A stretch of DNA of 64,000 nucleotides from a virus: IMG/VR virus record IMGVR_UViG_3300025424_000009; one strand, 5' to 3'. The notes below the pieces were generated by a model, which was not told the DNA's origin, ran no database searches, and was given only the letters and a program-made list of their open reading frames with translations. The translations under genes were made by a program, and so were the position numbers. Positions 19,821 through 33,366 of this stretch are shown here, piece by piece (the stretch's first letter is position 1; every line of letters starts with the position of its first letter).

Positions 19821-22800
19821 CAAGAATATCCAATTAAACTCACTCCTATCTACTCCTGCTAGGTCAAGGCAGTCGAGGTAGCCCTTCATCACTGCCACGT
19901 TGTAAAGATAACTACTATCAGTAGCTATATTCTTATTGACCCTTTCTATACGCTCTCTGAGATTAAGTAAATATCTCTCTTGATGTCTAGTCATCTCTAG
20001 TATCTTTTCTGATAAATCTATCATAACTTATATTTATTTTTTATTAAAGAATTGATTTTGTGAGTCACTATATGCACCACTAAGCAGCAACTTAGACATA
20101 GTGGTATGTGTGTTATTATCTCTTCCATAACTTAATTTTAAAGAGTTCTTAAATTATAGGGTATAGCATCCAGACCCCAATCAAATGTGTATCCCACAGA
20201 CTCTACTGCTATCTGCATAGCTTTTAGTTCCTCGTATCCTATGTCTTCCCCGTAAGCGGTATCATAGTACTCAAGTATTTGTCTAAGGTTATCAGGTAAT
20301 AATTCCTGGTGTTCAAATAAATCAACTATTGAAATATCCATAATCTTCTTTTGTTATTTCTTTTGAATTAAATGGTGGTGTTTGATATACACTCTGCTTC
20401 ACATAGATAGTGTACGACTGATCGTTGGAAGGGTTAACCGTCACCTCGTAGTAATTAAATTCTTGTTTCATATCTTTAATTATTTCTTTCTTCAGTTAAA
20501 TACTCACCATTATTAAGATAGACAACATGGTTGTTCTTATATTTCGGTAAAGCATAACCCAACAACTTGATATTCAATATCTGTGTTATACCCTCTGCTA
20601 GGGCTATAGATAGAACATCTTCTTCACTCTCTGCTATGATAAGGGCGAAGGGTTCTGATACCTCAAATGAGGCTTTACACTCTACTGCATATATACCTAA
20701 TAAAGGCATTGATGTTTCCCTGTAGTCAGGGTAAGGGTCAACCTCAAATGAGGTGCCGGTGAAAGGTCGTGTGTTGTTCATCTTATATTTTTTAAATTTA
20801 CTACATCAGGTTTATTCCCGAAGTACGTTCCGTAATAACTACCTGCAAAGGTATTGCATTTTATTTTAAATTCTTCTAATTCATCATCCCAATCGTCACT
20901 TAGATATGATAGTTTAGTTTCTATCCTCCTAGACCAAGTATGGTAAGGGTCACAGTTATGTAACACATCTAACATCTCTTCTTCTGATTCACACTCGTTT
21001 AATTCCTCTAAATCACATAGTGGAATTTCTTCCCATATCCTCAACTCTGCTTCACGCCCATCTTTATTATTTCTCCAGTAGTCATTCTCGTATTGGTAGG
21101 GAGGAAAGCTCATTACATCAAAATCATCATATTCTTTCTGAGCCTCCTCTAGGGTAGTGAATAACTCTACAATCTTAGAGTCAGCATAGTTATCTCCTGT
21201 GTATACAGAATACTTAGGTTGTTTATTCAAGAAGTCAACCACCTCTTTTTTAATCTCCATAACTCATAATTTAAAAATGTTTAATTCTATACTTCTAATT
21301 TCAAACTTTCGCTTGTCAGGATTGCGTTCTAAGGCCTTGAACTCCTTCGGTGATATAACACTAAGGCAGAAGGTATTGAAGTCAAATTTAGCCACCTTAA
21401 TGCCATTCTTAAAGGCAAAGACATAATCGGTTGTAAACTTACAAGTATAGGTCATAGTAAAGATAGTTAAATTAATACTGATAGTATCTACCATTTATTT
21501 TCTTAACTCCCTCTCCTTCGGACTCCGACTCACTTACCTCTTCAATTCCGTGGTATTTCAAATCATCACAACTTTCCACCATCTCTGATAATAAGCCAAA
21601 GGCTTCAAATATTTCAACATTATTATAACCTGCCTCTTCTAACATATCACAGATGTTTACAGGCTCCTCTTCGATGATTAGTAATAATTCCTTAGTATTA
21701 CAATCTTCAATGTACTTGCAATAAGTAGTATTATAATCACCATCTATATCAATAGTACCTGTCCCATCATTGTTGTAATCCAATCCAGTATAACCACCAT
21801 TAGGCTTATAGTAACCATACTCTCCTAAATCAGATACAGTCAAACCTAACCTTTTAAAGATAGGATAACAATCCATGGTTGCCTGATCAATTTCTTCATC
21901 ATTATGTACTTCAAAGAAATTATCCAATGCCCGTAAGATATTAGGATAACCTTTATACTTGTGTCCATATTCTGTTTCAAACGCATGATAAAGAAAGAAG
22001 TCATCTACATAGTCATTAATATCTTTAGTGTAATTGTCAAAAGACAAATGACCTGGATTCCAAAATCTACCACCTCTTCCTATATGGAAGCATACTATTG
22101 TACCCATAACTTATATTTTTGTTATATTAAAACTTAAAAACTCCTGATTGTTCTTACCTTCTCTGATAGTAGAGTAGAAGAATAAGTACCCATTATCTTC
22201 CAACTCTTCTCTGAACTCCGTTATCTTAATTGGCATCCTAGATATTGGGTGAAAGAGAAGGGAGGCCAGAGGACCTTCCTTCACTATCTTGATACATTCT
22301 TTCTTAGTTATCTCCTGGATCTTATCACAGATGATATTGATATTGTTGGTGGAGGGTAGTTTCATTATCTATTTTGTTTATAGTATTCAAAACTCTCCAT
22401 AGTAGCTTTCACCCTATCTACAAATAGTTGCTGCCACTGATCATCATTCATCATACCAATACCCTTCTCATTCTGATAGTCAGCTAAATCCGATTGAATC
22501 TGATCTAAGAATCTTAAGTACTCATCTTCCCTAGATAGGGAGTGAGGATTATCAAACCACTTAATATTCTTTATTAACTCTTTGTCATTCTGACACTCAA
22601 ATAAATCCTCGAAGCCAGCTTCTGTGATAGTCATATCATTTTCATAAGGACCGTACAAATCACTTATATCTGATGAATATATAGGGTCAACTACAACCTC
22701 TACATATTGTATCTCAGTATCACTATCAACCCTAAGTATACTATTGCCTTTAGCTACCGTAATCAAAACTTTATTCATTTCTTTACTTATTTAAAAATTC

Positions 22801-24583
22801 AATAATTAATTCTCTTGTAGTCTTGGTACCCACGTCTACTGTGGACCAGAACTTATGTTTTATTACTGACTCTACTAAGTCTTCAAGCTTATCTAAAGAT
22901 AATGAATAATCAGTATCAATATTAAAGCCTAGATTAAGATATGTATTAGTATCGTTAAAGTTAGATGGTATTAGTTCTCCCTTCTCATTTAGGTTATGGA
23001 CTATACAATCTTCATCTACTACATAGCCTCTCTCCCTTGCTAAGGGTATTGCTTGGTAATCTGATTCTAGTATATCCAGATCATCTATCTTCTGTACTTC
23101 CCAAGTGGGAGTTGACCTCATACACCAAGATACTAACCACCCTTCATCTTCGTAGGTGTGACCTACATTCATTAACTTACTCATAACTATTATTTTTTAT
23201 TATAACTCTTCAAATAGATCTTCAAGGTTACTTGTTGCATTCTCTAAATCATTTACAATGTCCTCTAGTACATTTAAATCATCATCCCACTCAGAACCCT
23301 TATCAGACTCTTGCCAAGCCTCTGACCTGCTGTCATAAGTTTCTTGACGCTTCTCTTGTAACTCTCTGAAGTATTCAGATGCTTCTGCTATTACTTCAAT
23401 AAACTTTTCTACTTTTGCACTTCTTTTGATACTCAAAATCTTTAAATTTTAATTGTTTATTAAATTCAATTCTATTAAATCTTTCATAGAATCATCCACG
23501 AAGGTTACATCAAATCTATCGCCATTCAGACATACTGTAACTGGTAATGTTTTATCTTCTACCTTCATCAACTCGTCTATTAAGTATTGGACTGTTATAC
23601 CATCTAACCCTGATAGCCTACATAGAACTTGGCAAGGATCCTCGTGATATTCATGAACCTGAGCCATTAGTACATCCATGAATACTTGTTCATTGACATT
23701 AGGACACTCCTCTTTTGGCTTGTCCCAGAGAATACCTCCCTCTGGTGTTCCGTCATATACTAAGTCCTCACAATGATAGTCGTAACCCGTACTGTGTAAC
23801 ATTGTTAAATACTGTATAGCCTCTACTTTAGATTTAATCGAGGCTGGTAAATTAATTGTAAGCGGCATATTTTATTGTTTTATTATTTGATTAATTCTCC
23901 GTATTCATCCACTTCATACTCATCAAGAGACATGGAAGATAGTTCGGCCGTAGCTGTACCTGCATCTTTTAGATGAGATAATACATCCCATCCATAACCG
24001 TCTAGAAGCCATACTTCAGGACCACCTCTTGTGATGCGAGACCAACCGTCTCCACCGTCTATGTCGTATAAATCCTTACTATGTATTTCCTCTAGTATGT
24101 GGCAATGTAAATCAAAATAATCCATTGCTTGTTCTTCTTCTGTTATTGTCAACAGAAGATTGCCATCTTCTAAAAGTTCAATGTTCATAACTTTTATTTT
24201 TAATTTAACTAAAGAATTGTTCCTGTATACAGATCAGGTATAACATAACTAATATATACACCCTCGGATATCAATGTCTCTGCAATCTCTTCTGCCTTAC
24301 TGATAGGTGCAAAACACCTCCACTGCTCCTCTTTAACATAGCAAGTGTCATCTTTAAACTCCATCTCCCCAAAGATGATAAGGACTTGCTGTTCAGGTAG
24401 TAACTCTTCCACACTGACAACTTCAATACAAACATCATTTGTTACTATATCACCCCAATCATAACCTTCTGCAATCTCTTCTGCAAGCCTTCTTGCATCA
24501 ACTTCATTCTCCGAATTTACTGTAAATGAGTTTGACTGATAGCAATTTCTTGAAACGATTACTTCATATTTTTTATTCATAAT

Positions 24584-24862
24584 TTATTTATTATCAGGGT
24601 TAAGTATTATTTTACCATCCACCTCAATCCAATTAATTTCGGAATCATCTTCCACATCCCATTCTGTGTAGTAGGACCAGTCACCTACAAACCAGCTATC
24701 TGGAACCGAACATTCATGTTTCCATTCTTCAGGTGTGAAGTGTTTATGAAGGCAGTGGTCAGAGCAATAGTAATCTTCACCCTGTGCTACCACAAATCCG
24801 GCATTCATGCCTGAGCCACACTCACTACATTTACGAGCCCATTTGATTACTTGTGTTGTCAT
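24584..24862 (-). CDS. Small Zn-finger protein
   Basis: CSECG...YYCSDHCL. Confidence 0.7.
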   Translation of the reverse strand: MTTQVIKWARKCSECGSGMNAGFVVAQGEDYYCSDHCLHKHFTPEEWKHECSVPDSWFVGDWSYYTEWDVEDDSEINWIEVDGKIILNPDNK

Positions 24863-27800
24863 AACTTAAATTTATTTACCGTTTAACCATTCTTCTACCA
24901 TGTCAGTGAATTCATCTATACCTATCTCATCAGGCATTTGTATGTCATGTACCTCACCTAGATAAGAACTGTTAGCATTATTCCAATACGTTTCATTCAA
25001 GTAAACATCTACTCCTGTTAAGTCTTGTTCAGGAATGAAAAAAGGTACGCATCTATATTCAATACCTCCGATTGTAATTATAACATCTTGCATGATTATT
25101 TAATTTAAAATTTCTTCAATAAGTTCTTCATCTAAGGCTTTTCTAAACAACCCCTCTGCCGAGAGTATGAAATGATAGTCCTCAACGTAGTACGTTATAG
25201 CTTGGTCCACAGGTCCATCTATATCATCCCCCTTTCTCAAATCTAAATAGAGTGATACCGGTGCCACTACTATGTTGTAACTCAATTCCTTCACTTTGAA
25301 TTCACGGAGGGGGTATGATTTCCCTTTGTAATTTATACTATCCATTCTATACTGTTTTAATGTTATGAAAATTTGTTCCGGACTCCAGCACTGCATCTAG
25401 GTCATCCTCCCTAAAGTACTTTCTATTTACATCAGTATTACCCTCGACTAGGTAAGCCATTAAATCACCTAGACTTTCAAATAAAATGTATTCACCGTCT
25501 TTAAGATAAGCCCACACCAGTTCAGAGCCATGTTCACCACAACGATAAACCTCTACTGATTTATCACTTCTCCATGGATATTCGGTTAAGATACACTCCC
25601 ACATGTTATATAAATTTTTTAAGTGTTAAATAATCTTGTTCAGTTATCTCTTGGTAAGACCTAACTCTAACCGCAATCTCTCCTGCGTTAAAGAAGTACC
25701 AACTATTGTCCTCCTCAGATGTGTTCCCGTAAAATGTACTAGCATAAGCATCAGCTACCATTTTCATTTCATACCTTTCAGGTACTATATTAATGGATTT
25801 GCATTCAAATTCATACTCACCACATCTTATTTGTATTATCAAAAACATATACTTCTCTTTCATAACTTATTATTTTAATTTTTTATAAAAATGTATATAT
25901 TTACCTAGCTCACTACTACAATTATAATAGCTATAACTATTCAGTATTTTTTCAAACTGATATGATTCATTAATTACCTTCTCTTTATGTAGTTTTAATT
26001 TAGCTTCATCGTCATTAATTAAATTCTTCCTCCAATCTTCAATTGAATTGTTTGATTTGTTAACCTCCTCACTGTAGAATTCAATACAGAAGTTGTTATA
26101 TCTGACATCTTCCTGAAGTTGTTCCTTATCCAGTTTGATAGGGCATATAACATACCAAGGTCCAAATGGGTATATATTAGAAGGGCTAAGATAAACTTCT
26201 TCACCACTACAGAATAGTTTCCTTGCTGCTGTTTTACTAATTTGTCTAATGGTAATGTGTTCACCGTACAATGTACCACTTGCTTTGATGTTTTTCAAAT
26301 CTTTAAATTTTAAAGTAATTATTATACTCATCCTCTGTTATACTTTCTACATAGTCAACATAAGCCTCATCACCTTCTTCCGAGAATAACCCTTTAGAGA
26401 CTGCTAATTCTATTATAGCGTCTTCATCATTACTTAAATCTTCTTTAGACTCTATGCCTATTGAGTAACCAGAACCCCTTTTAAAGAAACAATGTAATTC
26501 GTAATAGTACATAACTTAATTTTTAATATTTAAAAATGAGTAATAAGGGCACTCAACCTCTTGTATATAACTATACCATTGATCCATATGATCATTACCC
26601 CAAGGTGCATTGAAGATGTTCAATCTGTTGTAGAACAACCATTGCAGAGCTGCACTGATAGCCCTCTCATCTCCCTCTGCTATACTATCTAGTATACCTT
26701 CTACTGTGTTAGGAATAAAAGATATAAAGCCTGATACAGAAGTGAAGTTATCTTTAAGATACTTACTAAACTCAGCTCCTTCTTCTTCAGATAGGGTGCA
26801 TAAATCCTCTAGAAGATTTTCCTCAAATTCGTCTTCCACTACCAATGAGAATATCAATCTGTCCGTGTCAAAGTTATACTCTCTTGGAGACCATATCTTA
26901 TCTACTTCAATATCAAGTATTCCTAGATTCAATTGTTTTATCTCTGGAAGAACATCATTTTCTATGAACAGTTTAGCATGTTTAAGTATCCACTCGTTAT
27001 ATTTGTTATGATCAAACTTGAACCAGTAGTCTTCCACATCTTCCAACCCCACCTCTTTGAAGTATCCTTCTTCATATTTCTGTTGAAGCATCCAATCATC
27101 AATGAGGTTGTCGGGACTACATATACCATGGTACATACCTACGTCCACTAATTGAAGCATGCCGGTGTTTGTTTTAATTGTCCTCATTTTCTTTTATTTT
27201 TAAATCTTCTGAATCAATATTTAACTCATCTAAAAAGAACCTAGTAAACTCAGTGAATTCATCTACATCAGTCCCCTTTAAGATACCTATCAACCAGTCT
27301 CTGAACTTATCATCATAATCAAAACTGGTACATAGGTAATTACCATACACATCACAATGACCTTCACAATCATTAAAAATATCTTTATCTGTAATATCTT
27401 CTATATCAGTCCTAGCTTCTTGATGTACTGCATAATAGACTGCATAAACAGGATCTAAATCCCCTACTGGAGCACTTATACTTTCAGCCAATTCAGTAAC
27501 ACACTCTACAGCCCAGTCTACATCTTCACCTACTTCTAAAGCTACTTCAATAGCTCTCTTGATATCTAGGCTGCCATAAGGGCAGAAGTTAACTCTGTAG
27601 TCCTCTACCAACCGTAACATTTTATCTTTCATAACTTATTTATTTTAATATTCAAAAATACAATCTCTTAACACTTCTCCACTAGGGAGTGTGACATACT
27701 CGTCATCTAAATAACCTAGACCATTAACATCTACAGATTCTATATTATAGACTACATTAGTCTTAGTGTTATAAAAACACTCTGTACTAATTTCAATACC

Positions 27801-28936
27801 ACCATCCCATACTGATGTGTATGTTGCTTTAATACTCATAACTTATTTATTTTATTGTTGATAAAACTTCTTCCACTAAGATATAATCCAACCACAGACA
27901 TTCTACTATCTGTTCTGCCAGACGATATCTATCATCCCCATAATACTTTTCAATATGATGAATCTCAATTAACTCTTGGTCTTCTAGTCCCCTACCTAGA
28001 ATCATCTCTAATTTGATGATATCGATATACCACTCTGCTGTATTGTCTGTCATATCTTTTCAATTTTGAATGCATCATATGTTTTACCGCTTGCAACTGT
28101 ACTGAATTTATATCCCACCTTCTCGAAGATACGAGGATAACATCCCACACCTACCCCACCTTCTAGGCAAGGGAGTATACCATACCCACATCCATATCCT
28201 AGTAAGTCCCGAAGACTATCTTTTATATTATTCTCACGTGCAATGTAAAATGGTTTAAGTACCGAGGGTATTTTATTTAAAACATCAGCTACAGCAGTAC
28301 TTAGCTTGTCATAACCACAGCCAGAGATACTACCTGAACTGACTGCACCACCATAACTATAATCACTATACCACTCAGCCTCGGCTCTAGGGTTCATACC
28401 CCACATCTTTGATTTGTGCCATTCTACCGAGATGGTACAAGAGTGTAAATCAGAGCCATACCAAATACTCTTAACACTATCTAACTCTTTCTTCAACTCT
28501 CTATCCTTTATCTTAGTATACCTATCTTTGTAGTAAGCTCTCAGTTCAGGTAAAGACAATTTCTTTACATCTTTGCCTCTAGGTAGTAAATGACTATACG
28601 CATAGCTACTTCTGATGACATCTTCTTCTTGACTATCAATCTGAATGTTGAATTCTTCTTTTCTTTTATTGTACTCTAACTCTAGAGCTTGTTGTATGTT
28701 TATCATAACTTAAATTTTATTTTTAATAATTTAATTTGTACATTGTTATGTCATCTGTTACCATCCACTGGCAGTTAGACAAATTATAATCTAACCCATT
28801 CTCAGCCTGAATATAATCTTCCACATCATAACCACCCCATTCATCTTTAAAATCTTCTGAGATGTTACCTAGATACAATACATCCACCCTTGATGTTTCA
28901 AAGTTTAAAACTACTGCATACTTATCTTTCATAACT

Positions 28937-29833
28937 TTATTTATTATTTTCTTTATCTTTTATCCAAACCGTTACATAACCTCCCATACCACCTATTGAC
29001 ATAGTGTTATAGTCGAATATCACTATCTTATCTTTTAGCTCATCATACCTTTCTGTCAACTTCTTAAAGAAGTATTTAGGGTCAGAGTAAGTACTATATC
29101 CATGACCTACCTGCACACCATCCATACCATCTAGTATCTCGAAGCCGGCATCCTCTAACTCACTCTTACCGAAGAATGAGCCAGGAATAGTCTCAGTTCT
29201 TAGTACTTCATCTAGGTCAACACCACTTTCAAACATCTGCTCCTCATAGCACTTAGTACAAATCTGTTCACACTCGTTGATGATTCTATATTGCGTGTGC
29301 CAACCATTTCTAGGATTCTGTTCACAAATAGTTCTACTACAACACTCACAGTAAAAGTACCTAAAGTCCTTGCTATATACACTACCCTCCATACAATCAA
29401 ATGCATGTCTACAACTGAATTTATAGTCATTTGGAATGTTGTCGAAGGGAGTATCATACATATCAGGTTCAATCATATTTTCACTGAAACATATAATCTC
29501 AAACTCACTACACTTATTAGTATCCATACTATCAGGTAACATAGGAAGTTCAATCTCTTTCTCTCTGATAAATAACTCTAGTTGCTTTCCTATTTCCTTA
29601 GCTTCCTTTTCTGTATAGGCATCTATCAGCTTCAGAGTAAAAGTGGTTCCTTTATCATAATCCCAACTCTTTTTGTTCCACTTTTCTGTAAGTAGCTCTA
29701 ATGCTTCTTCATCTGTTTCGTATTCCCAATCATCGATTAATTCATTTTCTAGATTCTCTACGAAAGGTAACAACATAACCTCTTCATCATAGTGGCGAGG
29801 TGTTAGCGTAAACTGCAAAACTTTTTTAGACAT
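28937..29833 (-). CDS. Acidic hypothetical protein with multiple CxxC pairs
   Basis: CRHAFDC, CECCSRTIC and CTKC motifs. Confidence 0.7.
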   Translation of the reverse strand: MSKKVLQFTLTPRHYDEEVMLLPFVENLENELIDDWEYETDEEALELLTEKWNKKSWDYDKGTTFTLKLIDAYTEKEAKEIGKQLELFIREKEIELPMLPDSMDTNKCSEFEIICFSENMIEPDMYDTPFDNIPNDYKFSCRHAFDCMEGSVYSKDFRYFYCECCSRTICEQNPRNGWHTQYRIINECEQICTKCYEEQMFESGVDLDEVLRTETIPGSFFGKSELEDAGFEILDGMDGVQVGHGYSTYSDPKYFFKKLTERYDELKDKIVIFDYNTMSIGGMGGYVTVWIKDKENNK

Positions 29834-29857
29834 ATACTTTCTGTTTATTTTTATTAA

Positions 29858-29885
29858 AAAAGCCGAACTTAAAGCCGGCTATATT
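29858..29885 (-). terminator. Putative intrinsic terminator
   Basis: Minus strand AGCCG-GCTTTAAGTT-CGGCT followed by a T run. Confidence 0.6.
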
Positions 29886-30740
29886 TTTACAGGTCGAAGC
29901 CTTTTTCCACGAAAGACAAGAGTGTTATTCAATAGCCCAGTTGCTGTAGTCATCTACGTCTAAATACCAATCACTAGGTTCGAGTACCAGGTCTTCAAAC
30001 TCTTTTACAGCTAACTCCTCGGAGTCAGCTAGTAAGGTTAACTTCGCATACGTCTTGTGTATAAATGTGTAAGTTGACATGCTATTTGTTTTTGCTGTTT
30101 AAAAATTCTTCTAATGTATCGTGGTAATAAAATACTTCATTCCACCTAACACCTTCATACTCCTTCTGAAACTCATCTGTAAGTTCCTCAGCTAGTTCAT
30201 ACAGTCCCCCTCTACCATATTCATATTCTCGCTTGTAAGGCAAAGAGTCTTCATGATTTAGTTGCTCATTTATCCAGCTAACTACCTCGAAGTGTGTTTC
30301 AATCCAGTCGGTATCTTTTGTCATAACTTATTATTATTTAATTTTTACTGAACCATTTACCTTCCTCGTTCTGATATATGTAACCTGCAATCTCTAATGC
30401 TTCCACAGCTAATGAACCTGCCTCATCATAATTAAGAGGATCATCCTGCCAAGCTCTCTGAGCTAAGTCTTTGTCATTTAGTAGATAAAAGATGTATTTA
30501 TTCCATTCGGTGCGTACATCTTCATTTTCTACCCACACATCAACCCAGGCCTCTATATCTCCATCTTTGATTAGTACGGCATCTTTTTCATATTTTAAAA
30601 CTTTCATGTTTATTTATTTTATTTACTAAATTCGAAAACTATTTTTAAATCAGTGTAACATTTGTTTATATTTATTAATATAGGGGTAGTCCTAAGTACG
30701 TGCAGGTACTAGCTACATTAAAACCTTAAAGACATTAAAT

Positions 30741-30777
30741 GCAATCCAAGTAAGCTCTACACAGCCGAAAGGGTTGC
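30741..30777 (+). ncRNA. Hairpin with AAGTA/CGAA internal loop (sarcin-ricin/loop-E-like) in the TnpB leader
   Basis: GCAATCC-AAGTA-AGCT-CTACAC-AGC-CGAAA-GGGTTGC. Confidence 0.5.
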
Positions 30778-30790
30778 TTTATTATTTTAA

Positions 30791-31945
30791 ATGCTAAAAG
30801 CCTACAAATATAGAATGTATCCCAACAAGACTCAAGAGATTCTTTTAAATAAGACTTTTGGGTGTTGTAGGTATTTCTGGAATAATTGTGTAGCTACTTT
30901 CAATAGTTATGATAAAGAAACTAATCCTCAACCTACTTTCAAAACTGTTAAGCAGTTACGTGATGAGACAGGTTGGATGAAAGAAGTTTCTCATGATTCT
31001 GTAGCATCTAAAAGACTAGACTTTGAAGAATTTAAAAAACAATTCTTTAAACCTAATCCTAAAAACAAACTAGGTAGACCTAAATTCAAAAAGAAAGGTG
31101 AAGGTCAATCTTTCAGATTAGATAAGCAGTATGTAAAGATAAAAGGTAACCTTACTCATATTAGTAAGATAGGATGGGTTAAGTTTGTAGAACACAATCC
31201 TTTACCACCTAATTCACAAATAAGAAATGCTACCTATAGTAAAGACTCATTAGGTCATTATTACATATCCATTCTAGTAGAAACAGAAGTAAAACATTTT
31301 GAAAAAACTAATAAATCCGTTGGGATAGATGTAGGACTAAAAGAATTCGCTACACTATCTGATGGTACAGTTATACATAACCCAAAGTACTTTAGAGAGA
31401 ACCAATCTAAATTAAAGAGGGCTCAACAACATTTAAGTAGAAAGAAGAAAGGTAGTAAAAGATATAAGAAGCAAAAGTTAAAAGTAGCTAAAGTTAACAA
31501 GGAGATCCAAAGACAACGTGAGTTATTCTTACACACTACCTCACTTAACATTGTAAAGAACTATGATGTAATATCTATAGAAACTTTGAATGTAAGTGGT
31601 ATGGTGAAGAATAAGAAGCTATCTAAATCTATTAGTGATGTCTCCTGGTCTAGCTTCTTCTCCATGCTAAAATACAAAGCTGAATGGTACGGTAAAGAAG
31701 TAGTTCAAATCAATAGATGGGAACCTACTTCTAAGACCTGTAGTAGTTGTGGCTACTACAATAAAAACCTCACTCTCAGCATTAGAGAGTGGGATTGTCC
31801 TGAATGTAACACTCATCACAACCGTGATTTAAATGCATCACTAAATATTCAAGCACTAGGAGTTTCTAGTGCTCAACGTACACTGAGAGAATGTAAGACT
31901 CCACTTGTGGAGCAAGCCTCGTTGAAGTGTATAAAGCATCAGTAG
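30791..31945 (+). CDS. tnpB: RNA-guided endonuclease TnpB
   Basis: LKAYKYRMYP N-terminus; RuvC GIDVG, IETL, RDLNA; CSSC/CPEC Zn finger. Confidence 0.92.
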   Translation: MLKAYKYRMYPNKTQEILLNKTFGCCRYFWNNCVATFNSYDKETNPQPTFKTVKQLRDETGWMKEVSHDSVASKRLDFEEFKKQFFKPNPKNKLGRPKFKKKGEGQSFRLDKQYVKIKGNLTHISKIGWVKFVEHNPLPPNSQIRNATYSKDSLGHYYISILVETEVKHFEKTNKSVGIDVGLKEFATLSDGTVIHNPKYFRENQSKLKRAQQHLSRKKKGSKRYKKQKLKVAKVNKEIQRQRELFLHTTSLNIVKNYDVISIETLNVSGMVKNKKLSKSISDVSWSSFFSMLKYKAEWYGKEVVQINRWEPTSKTCSSCGYYNKNLTLSIREWDCPECNTHHNRDLNASLNIQALGVSSAQRTLRECKTPLVEQASLKCIKHQ

Positions 31946-32188
31946 AGTAATCTACTACAGCTTATAATTACGTTACGGGAATTTTCCAAATTCTTTTAGA
32001 CATAACTTAATTATTTAAAACGTTATAAATGCAATTCTCCACAACCAAATTCCATGTGGCTGTAGGATCATTCTCCTGCTCATCTGGATACATATCTATC
32101 ACCTCTCTTATATTATCATAACTAAGGAATAGATTGAGGTTATCGGCTACTTTTAAAACATCTTCTACTGAAATCATAACTTATATTT

Positions 32189-32728
32189 TTATTTAAAACA
32201 ATTAGCATTATCTTCGTATAACTTTTTAATGTCTCTTTTAAAGAAATAATCATTCTTACAATATTCTTCTATAGAATTGGACCGAGAAGGGTATATAGTG
32301 TCGTCACTATATTTAGGAGTAAAGTTTAGTATCTCACTGCTATAGACACCAAGACCCCCTTCGGTCCTGTCGTAACAAGGTTTAACTTTTATAGTATGAG
32401 GTCTATTTGTAACACCGAACCTATGTGTTATGTGCAGTTCATACCAAAACTTATCAGCGATTGTTTCCCTAGTCCACTCTACCTCCAGATTCAAATCCCA
32501 AAGGTCTGTGGCAAGTCTGTCTCTCATATCTTGTACCTTATGCTGTAAAACAGCATTTATTTGTTTATTACGCATATCAGCATAAGTAATACGTTCTTGT
32601 TTTTTCTGATACTCATTTATGATAGCACTTGTATCTACAAGACTACTTTGATTACTTACAGGCTTGTTAAGCGTTTCAAACTGATCTTTGATTGAGTCAA
32701 TTATTGACTGTTGTTCTTCTGTTAACAT
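32189..32728 (-). CDS. Hypothetical protein
   Basis: 179 aa with AAGTT-ATG leader. Confidence 0.7.
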   Translation of the reverse strand: MLTEEQQSIIDSIKDQFETLNKPVSNQSSLVDTSAIINEYQKKQERITYADMRNKQINAVLQHKVQDMRDRLATDLWDLNLEVEWTRETIADKFWYELHITHRFGVTNRPHTIKVKPCYDRTEGGLGVYSSEILNFTPKYSDDTIYPSRSNSIEEYCKNDYFFKRDIKKLYEDNANCFK

Positions 32729-33011
32729 AACTTATTAATTTAAATGTAAATTTGAAATATCCAATGTACTATTAGTACAGCTATCAGTATGAATAAAATT
32801 ATATACCACATTGTGTAAAATGATTCTGAACTGGAATCTAGTTTATTCTTCTTCCTCATCTGAGTAACTTTTTACATCTTCTTGGAATTGTATAAGACTA
32901 TAATCTTCATTTATTATCTCAAGGAGGAGACTCACTAAATAGGTAGAGTTCATATTATCACTGCCTATCCACTGCTCTAAGGTACTTCTTTTAATATACA
33001 TAATATTTAAT

Positions 33012-33365
33012 TTAAAATGTTTTAATTATATTTCCAGGTAAGTCGGGTATGATACCCTCCATATCTTCAAGTGTGAATCCTGCTATACCTGTCCCAATAG
33101 GGGTGAGGTAGAAGGTAAGATGTGGATTATTCTTTGCGTACATCACCAAGAAGTGTAGCTCATTATTAATGTAAAACAAGGGTAATTTCTTCATCATTCT
33201 ATCTAAAGTAGGTAGAGCATAGCTCTGACCAAAGTGACCTACACCCTCTCCCCACACTGCTCCAAACTTATTAAAAGCTAATTTGGCAGCACCACCGTAG
33301 TGGTGTCCGTTTAAATTACTACCAAACACAAATATTTCATTTTCCTTCAATTCTGTTATCAACAT
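33012..33365 (-). CDS. A1S_2505-family / macro-like phage protein
   Basis: IFVFGSNL.G.H.GGAA.LA...FGA..G.G.G..GQSYALPT and FYLTPIGTGIAG motifs. Confidence 0.75.
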   Translation of the reverse strand: MLITELKENEIFVFGSNLNGHHYGGAAKLAFNKFGAVWGEGVGHFGQSYALPTLDRMMKKLPLFYINNELHFLVMYAKNNPHLTFYLTPIGTGIAGFTLEDMEGIIPDLPGNIIKTF

Positions 33366-33366
33366 G

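Larger units (their letters stand above)
19818..30607 (-). other. Array of about 35 small, frequently acidic hypothetical ORFs with AAGTT-ATG leaders
   Basis: Co-oriented ORFs, mostly 60-300 aa, with 3-20 nt spacers; recurring CATAACTT on the + strand at their starts. Confidence 0.8.
30660..31971 (+). mobile_element. IS200/IS605-family TnpB-only element 1 (left end approximate)
   Basis: TnpB ORF, structured 5' leader, and a right junction at ...ATAATTAC|GTTACGGG that truncates a - strand ORF to MSKRIWKIPVT*. Confidence 0.65.

Noticed and set aside
30680-31971. Group I intron/IStron around TnpB1
   Set aside because: No recognisable P/Q/R/S core, and the flanks do not rejoin into an ORF
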